DNA of 64,000 bases. It comes from Octopus vulgaris. Its lineage: Eukaryota. The stretch is from assembly GCA_951406725.2 (NCBI GenBank), contig OX597829.1, positions 52,824,001 to 52,888,000 on the forward strand. Reading direction: 5' to 3'. The notes under the pieces were generated by a model that saw only the letters and a list, made by a program, of their open reading frames with translations, was not told the origin of the DNA and ran no database searches. Both the position numbers and the translations under genes were made by a program. Positions 1-13,255 of the stretch are shown here, piece after piece (positions within the stretch are counted from its first letter, which is position 1; each line of letters begins with the position of its first letter).

Positions 1-515
1 GATGGGAAACAGGAGACCGAATTAGATGCTAGAATTGCTGGTACTGGCAAAGTAACGCCCCAGCTGCAGCATTTGATCTTCAAATCGAGCGGAGAGGTTA
101 GTAAAAAAAAGCCGAACTCGCTACTTTCAGTTCGGTTTTCCTGCCCTTTCTCATCTACGGTCCTGAATGTTGGGTAAGGGCCGAAAGAGTACAATCATGA
201 ATACAAGCGACTGAAATGGAATTCCTCTGAAGGATCCCTGGAGTGATGTTAATCGAACATGTGATTAGAATGTTGTAGAAAAGAATTGGAAAGTGGATTC
301 TTCAAGCCAAGCCAGCCAGCCAGAGATTTAGGGGTATACCACAAATGAGATGGCTGAATAATTTTCATAGATTTCAGTTGGTTACGCTTTCGGAAATCCA
401 GTCGGAAAGTGTAATGATTATTGCTACTGCTAGGGCCCTATGGAAGAAGATTCTATTCCCACGACCCTTCCGGAAATTGTGGATGGAGAACATGAACGGG
501 TGGAATGATGGATAG
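1..515 (+). pseudogene. RTE-clade LINE, decayed 3' ORF fragment plus tail
   Basis: Hand translation across a frameshift and stops: DGKQETELDARI...SVFLPFLIYGPECWV..ERVQS*IQATEMEFL*RIPG, typical of the RTE post-RT region; ends in a GGAT-like tail. Confidence 0.8.
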
Positions 516-1023
516 TGCTGACGATATTCTGCAAATGAAATTTATTTCAAAATTTCGATTTATTCATTTATTTTCCATTTTACCCTTTCTTCGTTCGGGA
601 GCACCTCACCAGCTGTAGCATTTTCATTTTTGAATATTTCTCTTAAAATATTTTTTCGTTGTTCTGAATTTAGCATTAAAGATTATGACTTTAAAAAAAG
701 ACTTTAAAAGAGAGTAGGTGTTATTCATGGTCAGGAATTAGGTGTTTATATTCTAGGATTAGGTTTTAATGTTCAGATTTAGAGTTTAAGGATCTGGAAT
801 TTCTGGTTCGAGTTGGGAGAAACAAGATTCAAAGCATTCAATTTCCGCGTTTCCTCCTCTTTTTTCTTTTTTCTCAGAATCGCAATTTGTTATTTAAAAC
901 GGAAATCCAAAAACAAACAGAGAAAAATGTTTGTGAGTTACCAACTCTACCTGTTGTTTGTCAACAAGCTTTACCAGTATATATATATATATATATATAT
1001 ATACTCACACACATATAGACGTA

Positions 1024-1469
1024 CTAGCAGCTAAGTCCGGTTTGACCCGGTCGGTTTGGATGATGTGGCTGTAAAACCTGCTCTGTGTAAACATTTGACT
1101 CGTTTGGACACGCTTATATTAAAAATTTATTTTAGAATGACATTTTTCTGTCAAAACGCTAAAAATAACTGACCAACAGCAAAAAAAACAAAACAAGATT
1201 CAACGTAATCAAAAAATAAACCCAAATACTAAGCGAACAAAGATGAACCATCCCACTTCCATTGCACACGCACACGCTCACACACATTCACTTGCCCCAC
1301 TTTTACATACACGTATATTCACACAGAGTTGAAATGCTGTTTGATTTATTTTTTCAGCGTACAATTTTCATCATCCCACTACCAAGTATGACATCACCCC
1401 TTCCTTCCTTTTCCATCTATCGCCCCCTTCCTTTCTCATTCATAAACACAAGACTATTATTATAGTAGA
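1024..1469 (-). mobile_element. Non-autonomous Helitron-like element
   Basis: Minus strand starts TCTACTATAATAATA, ends with hairpin CCGG-GTCAAA-CCGG then CTAG, inserted between A and T, no TSD. Confidence 0.7.
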
Positions 1470-2235
1470 TTACCTCGGTAACAATGGAGGCTATGAAAAA
1501 ATACAAAGCCCAGCTTTACCACCGGATCATTCTACACATCTGAGTAAATTTTTCGCGCATTTCCACCCAGCCGTTAGATCGTGAATCCCAAGACAAGAAA
1601 GAATCGCCCATGTCAAATTTATATGTACAGATTATGTTGCAATATTAATATGAATTCTTCCTGCTCACCAGATCCTCCAGCTGGTGGACAACAAAAACCA
1701 GATCTGCTAATACATTGGAGAAGAAGGTTATACTCTATAGAAATGAAGTAAAACTTTCTGTCCTGGAATCTCGATTGGTCGAATGAAATGGAAAAGAACC
1801 ATAAATATCCAAACTTTCGATGCTGACGTCAATAACTGCATGATCGATTTTGAGTTGCAATGCTGCAGTGTAGAGAAATTCGATTGGTCAGTAAGTTGAT
1901 ACGTCATCAAAACAGCTGTCGAATTACAAGTGAGAAGAGAGTGGGAAGAGGAAATCAATAATAACCACGTGTTTATTATCATTTCATGGTTATGTTTACT
2001 GATATGTTGCTATATTTAGGAACTTACGGACTTCATCTTACTACCTTACGTCTGTCATGCTTCTATATATAGAAAAACACGTATATTAACTCTTGGAAAC
2101 GAATTGAATGTTAGCGATGGAGTCGAAAAATATTCTTCGATTTCTAACTTGGAGATATGGAAAGGCAAAACAAGAGTTCGCGGTTTCGAAATTTATATTT
2201 GAAATTCACCACTTTCAAACAATTCGATATTTTAC

Positions 2236-2603
2236 ATACTCTTTTACTTGTTTCAGTCATGTGACTGCGGCCAAGCTGGAGCACCGCCTTTAGTCGACCA
2301 AATCGACCCCAGGACTTATTCTTTGTAAGAATAGTACTTATTCTATCGGTCACTTTTGCCGAACCGCTATGTGACGGGGACGTAAACACACCAGCGATGT
2401 TGGGGGGCAAACACAGACACACAAACACACACACACATACATATATACGACGGGCTTCTTTCAGTTTCCGTCTAACAAATCCACTCACAAAGCTTTGGTC
2501 AGCCCGAGGCTATAGTAGAAGACACTTGCCCAAGGTGCCACACAGTGGGACTGAACCCAGAACCATGTGGTTCGTAAGCAAGCTACTTACCACACAGCCA
2601 CTC
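2236..2603 (-). mobile_element. tRNA-head SINE family A
   Basis: Reverse complement of the full-length copy at 37922-38347. Confidence 0.9.
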
Positions 2604-2745
2604 GTACATTAAGTTTTGTTTTCTGCTGTAAAATATTAAAACCCAATGAACTACTTGAGTTTCAGAGTTAGGGTAGGTGAAAGCGAACCAGCTTTTAAGT
2701 CTTAAAACGCACACGTACACACACATGGATTAATATATAGTGTAA

Positions 2746-2878
2746 GACGTTCTGAGTTCAAATTCCACTGAGGTGGACTTTGCATTTCATCCTTTCGGGG
2801 TCGATAAATTAAGTACCAGCTGCGTATTTCGGCCCCTCCCAAAAAAATTCGGGCCTTGTGTCTAGAGTAGAAAAGAAT
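2746..2878 (+). mobile_element. SINE family B, 5'-truncated
   Basis: GAGTTCAAATTCC...TTTCATCCTTTCGGGGTCGATAAATTAAGTACCAG core shared with many copies in the window. Confidence 0.85.
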
Positions 2879-4922
2879 ATATAGTGTAAGACCCGGTCAC
2901 AAAAAAAAAACCCCCAAAAAACCCAACCTACTATGTGTAAAAAATGTGTAGAAAACGAATATGAAAACAAAAATTTACGCAGAGGAACGGACGTGGGGGA
3001 GAGGACTTTCGGAAAATTCACAAGATCCATTTTTTCCCCTCATATCTTTCAGGAAAATGGATATCTTTTAATGAAATCTTACACAAAAACCTTTCAAACA
3101 GCAGAGACTACGATTTTTTGTTTTCATATTCGTTTTCTACACACCGGGTCCTAACCCTAACCTTAACCCACACATGTATATAGATAACAGGCCATGCTTA
3201 AATTACTACTATTGTTTCGGATTAACTTTCCTAATGAACACTAATACACACGCAATCTCACAAAAAAAAAAAATTCTCCTGCCAAACAATTATAAAAATT
3301 ACAAAAAGTGGTTTGCACAGCCTTATGGCTAACAGCGGACACAGCGTTCGAGTCCAGCAGGCGATTCTTCTTCTTTTTTACAGTAATATTTTTTAAGTTC
3401 TTTGCCATGGGTAAAACTAAGCACTACAGAAGCGGGCAATCTTTCGGTATAAGTATATGACGTCATGAGTGTATGTGACATGTTACATCTGCTCGACGAA
3501 ACTGAACTGTGAAACATATACTCACTTACGATTAACTCCATATACTAATACCGAAACATTGCTTATAAACGATACCAAACTCTTTCATACGTGTTTCAAA
3601 TTTTGGTAAGGAGAACGGGGTTGGTTAATTGAGACCATCGACCTCAGTACATGACTGGTATTATTATTTTATCATCTCGCGAAAGAATGAAAATTATATT
3701 ATCAAAAATATGTTCTTAAATTCCAAACTTCTTTCTTCATAGGATCCATAAGAAGCTAATACAGTGCCACTATTTCCATCATACAGTCTTCGGGAGATTA
3801 GAAAAAAAGAAAGAAAAAAAGCCTGTTCTTTAGTCTTTAGTGTATAAGTTGGCGAAGACATGGACTATTTTAAAATGTTGTTAAAAATTGTAGCAAATAA
3901 TTTTTATTCAAATAATTCTTTCAACTTTAGGTAGAGGGCTAGTCGATTCCATTGACCCCAGTGCTCAGCTGGTACCTATTTCAAGATGAAAGTTTGATGT
4001 CGGCGGAATTTGAACAAAGAACGTAGAGTTGGAAGTAACGCTGCTAAGCATTTTGTCCAACTCAATTTTACACGAATTTTATTTTTACGACATTAAACTG
4101 GGAGATAACCTTATGACGTAAGTAGGCAAGCAACATTAGCAAGAAATCACAAGCCCTGTGGTTCGGCCTAAGGTATCTAAAAGGTACATTGCACACCTGC
4201 TCAGGAAACTCACAGGAACAAGGGCCAAATTCTGATCTATGTATGCTGTGACATGCTGTCACTAAATACTATAGGGTCCGGTACATTGATTTATTTCGGG
4301 TTGGGGCTATAGCGATTTTAAGACAAACCTGTACCTAATATGTAGTCGTTTGCACATGTTTGAGAAGACATTCCCTATGTCGTCTATACGTAATATAGTA
4401 TTCAATAATGATTATAATTAATGAAAGGATTTTCATGAGAAATAGTATGATTATTTGTTGTGCTAATGAATGTTATTTTCATTCACTAATGAAGAATGTA
4501 AATTAAAAAATATTAATTAACTGTTGTCAAAAACGAATATATGAAATAACGAATGAATCTACCGGCGTCCGGATTGTATTCAACAATAAAAGTATTTTAT
4601 TTTAAATTTTGGCGATGAAATAGTAATAACCCTTGAGAGAATATTTTGCTACTTAAAGACTTAGCATTGTTTTACAACCGGCGTAGGTGTGTTTATACCC
4701 CTCTAACTTAGCGGTTCGGCAAAAGACGGATAGAATAAGTACCAGGCTTAGCAGAGAATTAAGTGCTGGGATCGATTCATTCGACTAAAAATTCCTCATG
4801 GTGGTGCTGAAACAAGTAAAAGAATAAAGGATAATTAAAAACGTAAGAAAAATGTTTTTTATTATTTTTTAATAGAACCAAAACAAGAAATAATGCAGGT
4901 CCGTGGTTAACCGACACTACAG

Positions 4923-5025
4923 GACGGAGTAGTTAGCTGGCAACATCATTTTTTCTACAAGGATTTCCTGAAGAAAGGTTTCTAGCCCTGAAATATTGAA
5001 ACACAAGGTAAAACTACTAACCGTC
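4923..5025 (+). ncRNA. Candidate minimal type-I hammerhead ribozyme
   Basis: UUUC-CUGAAGA(4968-4974)-A-AGG..CCU-GAAA(4990-4993)-UA-UU-GAAA; distal pairing GACGG-AGUAGUU / AACUACU-AA-CCGUC. Confidence 0.5.
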
Positions 5026-5289
5026 GACCTCTGTTTAGCTTTATAAAAAAAATAATTTAAAATCATTCATGTGTATCAGACAATGCTTCATAAAAAGTAT
5101 AGAACTCTAATACAAGAGGGAAAAAGTATTCCATAATGAATTTGATGGAATAGACAGTAAATGGAATATATGCGGCAACTCAACCAAAAGTTAGGGACTT
5201 TTATTATTCTTTGAACACGAACATTAAATTTACTTTAAAATATTGTTTATTACGATTGAAAACTGAAATAGTTGCAGGAAAGAAGTAAT

Positions 5290-5590
5290 GCGTGGCACCT
5301 TGGGCAAGTGTTTTCTACTATAGCCTCGGGCCGACTAAAGCCTTGTGAGTGGATTTGGTAGACGGAAACTGAAAGAAGCCCGTTTATATATATATATGCA
5401 TGTGTGTGTCTGTGTTTGTCCAACTGATGCTGGTGTGTTTATGTCCCCGTCACTTAGCGGTTCGGCAAAAGAGACCGATAGAATAAGTACTGGGCTTACA
5501 AAAAGAATAAGTCTCGGGGTCGAGTTGCTCAATTAAAGGCGGTGCTCCAGCATGGCCGCAGTCAAATGACTGAAACAAGTAAAAGAGTAA
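5290..5590 (+). mobile_element. SINE family A, 5'-truncated
   Basis: Matches the family A body and GAAACAAGTAAAAGAG tail. Confidence 0.9.
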
Positions 5591-6478
5591 TGCAAAAAAA
5601 TAGAGCTTCTCCTTCCGTCGCTGCTGCTGCTGCTGTTCTGGCGCTGTTCTGCTACTGTAGTACAAAGAGTAGCAGCAGCAGCCAAAGCTGATTCAACTCT
5701 GCTTCTGATGTGGCTGCTACTGCAATACCACCACCACCAGCAGCATCAGCAGCACCAGCATCAGCCACATCAGCAGCCACATCAGTTGTGGAGCAGTAGA
5801 GTTGTTAGAGCCGGCATGCTTAGAAGATGACGCAATCTTTTAAGTATGTTTGACATGAGTGGTGGTGGGTCATTTTTGTCGGATAATCGATAGTTTTGAT
5901 GACGACAACATCCACGTGAATGCAATATAATAGAGCATCTTGTTGTACATCCTACTTCGTTCGCTACCCTCACATCACGAATGCTGCTGCAGCAGTTGAA
6001 AAGGAATATCTTTGTTGTAAACTAATGTGAAGAGTTAAGTCTACATCACTTGAACACAGCGAAGAAATATTCTCTAAAGAAATCCAACTTAAATAACCGA
6101 AATACACAGTAAAACTTATCGAAATAAACTTTGTCGTTCTTGCTTCTGATAAATGTAACTAAAATATTGTTAGAGTATTGGAAATTTATGTATTAAAATT
6201 AACCGATACGACTTTTGATATTTAATCGGGCGAGGTCAGACAGGTTCCCCCTCCAATCTATAAAAAGGGAAACGGTCAGACGCATAGGATCAACAAATAG
6301 TACACCGTGTCCTACATGCAAAATAGATCTTGCGCAAGACCAGTTACCATATTCTTGCTGAAATACAATCTTTATTATATTTTATTTTTAAAATACTAAA
6401 GAATTCGTTAAAATATATTGTCATTATTTAAACGAAGTCTAAAACAAATTGAATGGAATTTTGATGGTTTTGGTTTAA

Positions 6479-6693
6479 CCTTTTGAATCCGCGTGTACAT
6501 ACGCTTGGACGGTGCCAAAAGTTCGTTTGATTATAACCCCCATGGAAGACGCGAAAGCGGGCGACCACATGGTTTGGTTTTTACGGCTGAAAATTATGAA
6601 GTTTCTGCCAGTTAGCGATTCGTAAACAGAAAACCCATGTGACGCCTGCTTTTACTTTTTTCAAGGGTCAAACGAAATCGCACCTTCTAGGGG
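6479..6693. mobile_element. piggyBac-like MITE
   Basis: TTAA|CCTTTTGAA...TTCTAGGGG|TTAA: TTAA on both sides, imperfect CC..GG termini. Confidence 0.45.
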
Positions 6694-6882
6694 TTAAAAT
6701 AGTTATAACAAGGAGTTCTTATCATAGAAACAGGAGCAGTTTCAGTGTATGTTGGTAACAAAATCCTTAATCGAAGTCCATGTTAGATGTAAATTATTTT
6801 GCAGCAGACTACAACATTCAGTTAGGGAATTCTCTTTTGAGGAACTTAACTAGTAACGATCAAAATAACAGTGCATAACATT

Positions 6883-7682
6883 ATTCTTTTCTGCTCTAGG
6901 CCCGAAATATTGGGGGAGGGGGCTAGTCGATTAGATCGATCCAGTGCACAACTGGTACTAAATTTATCGACTCCAAAATGATGAAAGGTAAAGCCGACTT
7001 CGGTGGAATTTGAACACAGAATGAAGAGACAGGCAAAAAACTGCTAAGCATTTCACCCGGCATGCTAACATTTCTTATTTCTTTATTGCCCATAAGGGGA
7101 CAAAGGGATTAAGTCGATAACATCGACCCAGTGTGTAACTGGTACTTATTTAATCGACCCCGAAAGGATGAAAGACAAAGTCGACCTCGGCGGAATTTGA
7201 ACTCAGAACATAAAAGCAGACGAAATACCGCTAAGCATTTCCCCCGACGTGCTAAAGTTTCTTCCAGCTCACCGCCAAGACCCAAAATTTTGGGGAGGGG
7301 CCAGTCAATTAGATCAACCCCAGTATGCAGCTGGTACTTAATTTATCGACCCCGAAAGGCAAAGTTGACCTCGGGGGGGAAATTGAACTCAGAATATAAA
7401 GACACATGAAATACTGCTAAGCATTTTGCCCGGCGTGCTAATGTTTCTTATTTCTTTATTGCTCACAAGAGGCTAAACATTGAGGGGACAAACAAGGACA
7501 GACAAACGGATTAAGTCGATTATATCGACCCCAGTGCATAACTGGAACTTAATTTATTAATCCCCAAAAAATGAAAGGCAAAGTAAACCTCGACTGAATT
7601 TGAACTCTGAACGTAATGGCAGACAAAATACCGCTAAGCATTTCGCCCAGCATGCTAACGGTTCTGGCAGCTCGCCGCCTTA
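6883..7682 (-). mobile_element. Head-to-tail cluster of four SINE family B copies
   Basis: Four successive copies of CTGGTACTT..ATCGACCCC..AAAGGCAAAGTCGACCTCGG..GAATTTGAACTCAGAA, alternating two 3' tail types. Confidence 0.9.
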
Positions 7683-7857
7683 GTGCAAAACATTGTTGAA
7701 TGTATATTGCTACAGTCGTTGCTGAAGGAGAACTTGATAAATCATAGTCTACAGCCTTCTTTTTGTAATTGTAATGTTACTAATGTAAAGAAATGCCTTG
7801 ATTTTGAATTTCAAAATTCAAAATTGGCAGATTCTGGTGCAGGAGTGATGGGCGGAG

Positions 7858-8053
7858 GTAAAGAATATATGTACCACCCATTTTCAGCGTTGCAAAAATT
7901 CTAACCCTAACCCTAACCCTAAACTCTAACCCTAACCCTAACCCTAAACTCTAACCCTAATCCTAAACCCTAATCCTAATCCTAATCCTAAACCCTAACC
8001 CTAAACTCTAACCCTAACACTAACCCTAAACACTGGGTGTACATATTCTTTAC
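7858..8053. mobile_element. MITE-like element enclosing a degenerate (CCCTAA)n array (7902-8030)
   Basis: Terminal inverted repeats GTAAAGAATATATGTACCACCCA / TGGGTGTACATATTCTTTAC around telomere-like hexamers. Confidence 0.7.
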
Positions 8054-8069
8054 TTTCTTTACCTATATA

Positions 8070-8330
8070 CATCATCATCGTCGTCGTCGTTTAGCATGGT
8101 TAGAGGGTTTGACTGAGGGCTGGCGAGCCAGAAGGCTGCACCAGACTCCAATGTGATCTGGCAATGTTACAGCTGGATACCAACCACTCCAAGAGTGTAG
8201 TGGATACTTTTTACGTGCCACCGGCACAAGGGCCAGTCAGGTGGTACTCGCAACGTGTACACTTGAATGGTGCTTTTTACATCTCACCGGCATGGCACCA
8301 ATCAGCCGGCACTGGCATCAACCATGCTCA
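8070..8330 (-). mobile_element. RTE LINE 3' tail (family D)
   Basis: (CAT)n then GAAGGCTGCACCAG..CCAACCACTCC..; homologous to the 3' UTR at 41780-42043. Confidence 0.8.
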
Positions 8331-8871
8331 TACATACATATATACATACACACATGCATACATCCATACATGCATGCATACATATACATATATGCACACA
8401 TACATATATACATGCATACACACACACATGCATATATATACACATACACACACACACACACACATACATATATCAGTGGCATAGCGTGGTTTTTGGTCAC
8501 CCTGTGCAGTGGCTAAATTGGTGGTCCCCTTTCTTAAACATAACATACCTTCAACTGCATTAAACATGTGTAGGTATAAGACATTTTGGTACAGCTGTTT
8601 TGGCATCACTGATTCAATGCTGACTTATTTGACCTCAGATGCTTTGATTTTTCTCTCATTCTCCCCTCCCACTTTTTCTCTCTCCTTCCTGCCCCCTCCT
8701 CTCTCTGTTTATATAGGTGAGTATATTTCACTTCAGGTTTCTGAGGAGAGGGAAAATGCTTATCTCAATTGTATACAATTAATAGATTGCAATCTGTCTC
8801 TCTCCTTCTCTCCCTCCCACTCTTTCATTCTGTCTCTCAATCTGTATGAGGGCATTTCTGTGTACATTCAT

Positions 8872-9035
8872 AGGCATAGAAGTGGCTGTGTGGTAAGTAG
8901 CTTGCTAACGAACCACATGGTTCTGGGTTCAGTCCCAGTGCGTGGCACCTTGGGCAAGTGTCTTCTACTATTGCCACGGCCCAACCAAAGCCTTGTGAGT
9001 GGATTTGTTAGACAGAAACTGAAAGAAACCCATCG

Positions 9036-9076
<41 letters not shown>

Positions 9077-9298
9077 ATGTAAATGTTTGTGTGTCTGTGT
9101 TTGTCCCCCCAACATTGCTTGACAACCGATGCTGGTGTGTTTACGTCCCCACAACTTAGTGGTTTGGCAAAAGAGACCGATAGAATAAGTACTAGGCTTA
9201 CAAAGAATAAGTCCTGGGGGTCTATTTGCTCGACTAAAGGGTGTGCTCCAGCATGGACGCAGTCAAATGACTGAAACAAGTAAAGGAGTAAAAGAGTA
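8872..9298 (+). mobile_element. SINE family A, full length
   Basis: A-box-like TGGCTGTGTGG, B-box-like GGTTCAGTCCC, internal (TA)n(TG)n, AAAAGAGT tail. Confidence 0.92.
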
Positions 9299-9769
9299 AT
9301 GCCCATATGTGTGTTTGAAGCCCATTGCCAGGTATAACAGGGTCCTGGTTCCATGAATGACACCTTGGGAATTTGCTGGTTCTGAGCCCTTTTAAAGGGA
9401 GGAAGTTAGTTGATTACATTGGTTCAGTACTTGACTGGCACTTTATTTTATCAACCCTGAGAGATGAATAACATAGCTAACTTCAACAGGATTCGAACAC
9501 AAAATGTAAAGAGACATTACAAAATACCACTAGTCATTTAGCTAATAAAGAATTGCTTCAAATTTTAGCACATGGCCAACAATTTTAAGGAAGTTGGTAA
9601 GCTGATTGCATTAGCTCAGGTGGTCAACTAACTCTTATTTTATTGAATCCAAAGGATGAAAGGCAAAGTCAATTTTGGTAGGTTTTGAACAAAGAATCTA
9701 AAGAGATGCAAGGAATGTCACTAAACATTTTGTCTGACTCACTAACAATTCTACCAGCTTGACAGTTTA

Positions 9770-9795
9770 ATAATAATAATAATAATAATAATAAT

Positions 9796-9893
<98 letters not shown>

Positions 9894-10482
9894 TAATAAT
9901 AATAATAAAAAATGCCCTGAGCAGTACCAAGCAGTGGCTCTCATGGCTTCTGATCTTAACTGATTGAAAGTGTTATCATGTACATTGTTTTGTCTTGGTA
10001 TACAAGATGGGTTAACAGCAAATATTCTGCTCAATACCACAGATTTGCTTGTCAGATTTTTTTGACCTTAACCAGTTGAGCATGTCCCTTAGTGGCTGAC
10101 TATATGTGCATCTAAGATCACGAGCAGAAGTAGTTGGGGAGCATCATAGCCATGTATTGAGAGGAATTCTTTGAGGTTTGGATAATTCACCTCTGGAAAC
10201 ATGGGTGGTTCATTCAACATCCTTAAAAAACCCTTATTCAGGGACCTTTTGAGTGGGATGGGTTACTCAACCTGAAGAAAATTCTAATTGGGCCCAACCT
10301 GCAAGGTCATGCACTGTTTATCTTGATATGAGATCACCATGTCGCGCACATATGGTTGTGATGCATGTGCCTAGTGTACCCTTATCAGACAGGTAGTCAT
10401 GATGGGTCTACTGGGCTTCGTATGGTTTACCCCAGTGTCCCTTTGATGGAATGCACTGCTATCTCACTCAATAATAATAATA
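9770..10482. mobile_element. Dispersed repeat embedded in (AAT)n; second partial copy at about 26270-26705
   Basis: About 550 bp body flanked by (AAT)n on both sides; shared AATACCACAGATTTGCTT...GCACTGCT.TCTCAC.CAATAATAAT. Confidence 0.8.
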
Positions 10483-11000
10483 GTAAATGCAAGATATGAA
10501 ATGGGTGAACAAGAAAAGAGTGCAAGAAGGGCCCAAAATATAAAGATTCAATTTTTAATGATAAGGAAACATGAATAACGTAATTAACTTCATTAGCTGT
10601 TTCTTCTATAAGAAGCAGGACACTCAGAGATGAGTGCCTGTGCAACAACTTCTGGCTTCTTCAGAGCCATTAAAATGAAGTGTATGAGTATTTTGGAAAC
10701 ATTTTAAATACATAGAAGAGGTTACCTTTGAAACCATGTATAGAAGTTTGTACTGCTTCTTATAACAGAAACAATTGCCAGGTCATGAAGTTGGTTACAT
10801 AATTCCTATTCCCTTGTCATTCAATAACATACATACATACAAACACATATATACATACATTATGTACGTACATACATACATACATACATACATACATACA
10901 TACATACATACATACAAACTCTTAGTACAAAATTTATCACATTCTGCATTGACACTCCACTAAAATATATTTCTATATCAATTACTTCCTTTATCTACAC

Positions 11001-11335
11001 CAGGGGTTGGTGAACCGAAGTAAATTACCCCAAGTGGGGTAAAAATGAAATACTTTGGGATAATGAGGATTAATTAGTAAGATTATATGAAAAACGTGTT
11101 CCTTGTTACAACAGGAATTTTTCTTGTGGTATGAGGAGGCCGTCAAAAAGTTGCTGCCTTTTGCAACAATCTACCTTTGCAAACAAGAATTTTCATCTTT
11201 AATGAACATAAAATCAAAGCAGAATAATCAATTGGACCATGAAGACTGTATCCAAATTGCTCTGGCATCAAAATACCCCAATTTTGATGTATTTGTTACA
11301 AAAGTTAAGCAAAATCTTTTTTCGAAAACCTGAAG
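11001..11335 (+). pseudogene. hAT (Charlie/Buster-type) transposase C-terminal fossil with possible TIR
   Basis: AVKKLLPFATIYLCKQEFSSLMNIKSKQNNQLDHEDCIQIAL resembles the hAT dimerization motif LLPF.TTYLCE..FS....K.K.R..L; CAGGGGTTGG at 11001. Confidence 0.8.
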
Positions 11336-12735
11336 TGAAAAAATTTCTAGAAAAAACCCTTTTGTTTCATATTGAGGATATTAATTTATTCTATTGCATT
11401 TGTTTTATACTTTTTATATTTATTATTGTATTCTCCATGTAAATAGATTCTTCCTTTCAAATCAAGGGTTAACGTTGGCATAAATAAACACATTTACTAA
11501 GTTTGAAGTAGATGAGTAAGAGAGCTTGACTGTATGACTATTAAAGATGGAACATACTGGATTTTCTTGCTCTGCTAAGAGCATTATTACAATAATCAGA
11601 ATAGTGTTTGAAAATTTCTTCATTGTTGGACAACATTTAATGACTGAATTAATTACAGTCCCAGGATTATTCAAATTTTCATATATGTAATGTAGGTTTT
11701 CATCAAATTTACAACACAAAAGAAACAGTCCAGTGTTTAATTTTAGAGTTATGCTAGAAGGTTTACTACCTTAAAATTATTTTCTATTGTGATAGTCAGA
11801 CCTATGTTCTTAAAAATATTCTCAAAACTTATTCTTTCTATTTCTTCATTACTACAGTTGCAGAGAGAGAGCACTGAATTGCTATACACTAATAATGATA
11901 TGTAAATTATCTACACTGCCCCTTCCAGTCCAAAGTTTACCACTGATATCTGTTACCATTCTCTTAGTCATAAGAAAAATAACAAACTCCTTCCCACACA
12001 ATTTTAAGTGTTTGATGACAAAGATTGGCGCTTATTTGATAGGATGGGAGAAACAGTAGAATAATAGCTATCAATAGCTACTTTTGCTTTAAATTTTCTG
12101 AACATCCAATTATTTTAACACTATTTGTCTATAGATTTAGTTTCAGTTTAGATTTAAGATCAAGTCAACCACCACATACATACATACATACATACATACT
12201 TGTATGCATGCATATGTAGTGGAGGTCAACTCATGACCGAGTAAGACCACTTCTTAAACTCAATAAGTTCATGTAAATATTCCAAGAGTCCAAGAAGTTC
12301 TTGAGCATGAATTTTTTTCTTTATAAGTGGATAAAATGCCGCAGAGCACTGAAGCCATTTTCAGTATAATCTGCAAAAAAAAAAAAAAAAAAAAAAAAAC
12401 CCATCACAACAGGGGGTGATATTGTCAGAAACAAACTGTACTTCAGGCTTTTTTTATACAAGTTTACCTTCTCCTAGAAGGAAGTTCCAATGAGAAGTAA
12501 GGGTCCTTCACTCACAGGGATTCACATGCCAGTTAACCTACACTCAGGACCCTAACAGGTGCTAGTACTCTGGATCAGAATAGATCTGGGAATAATAATG
12601 GTTAAAAGGTGGTTCGAAACTTCTTAAAACTCTGAAATACCAAAACCAGTGCTTCACTACTGGATGCAGTTTAAAGTCAGACCCAGGACAATACGCATAC
12701 ATACATTGCATACATACATACATACATACATACAT

Positions 12736-12945
12736 TATGGCTGCCCCCTCCTTATCGAGTATGGCCATTGCACGAAGCTTAACTGTTACTGGTGCTGTGA
12801 TCGAATGTGACTTTTTAGCCCAGCTAAAGATCTACAATGTCTTGTGCAGAATTGGCAGCTAAAACCTTTACTGGTAATAGCCGGCTGTAGTTGTAACTGG
12901 GCTTCATGTACCTTTGCATGTCGTTTAAGTCCTCCTGCCGAATTA
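12736..12945 (-). pseudogene. LINE (RTE-like) 3' end with C2H2-type zinc finger
   Basis: CNSAGGLKRH..FSCQFCTRHCRSLAGLKSHIRSQHQ* then a short UTR running into (ATGT)n. Confidence 0.65.
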
Positions 12946-12949
12946 CATG

Positions 12950-13223
12950 CATACATACATACATACATACATACATACATACATACATACACACATACAT
13001 ACATACATACACACATACATACGTACGTACATACGTACATACATACATACATACATACATACATACATACACGCATACATACATACATACATACGTACGT
13101 ACATACGTACATACGTACATACATACATACATACATACATACAAACATACATACACGCATACATACATACGTACATACGTACATACATACATACGTGTGT
13201 GTGTGTGTGCGTACATGTGCATG

Positions 13224-13255
<32 letters not shown>

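Noticed and set aside
1655-1735. AG..GT-bounded 55 bp exon candidate
   Set aside because: Weak donor (GTTATA), no recognisable peptide, no partner exons
3310-3366. tRNA-like GTTCGAGTCC B box, and tRNA-like SINE heads elsewhere
   Set aside because: No cloverleaf; the heads continue into SINE bodies, so no tRNA gene is called
7902-8030. True telomere or chromosome-fusion site
   Set aside because: Short, degenerate, single orientation and enclosed by TIRs
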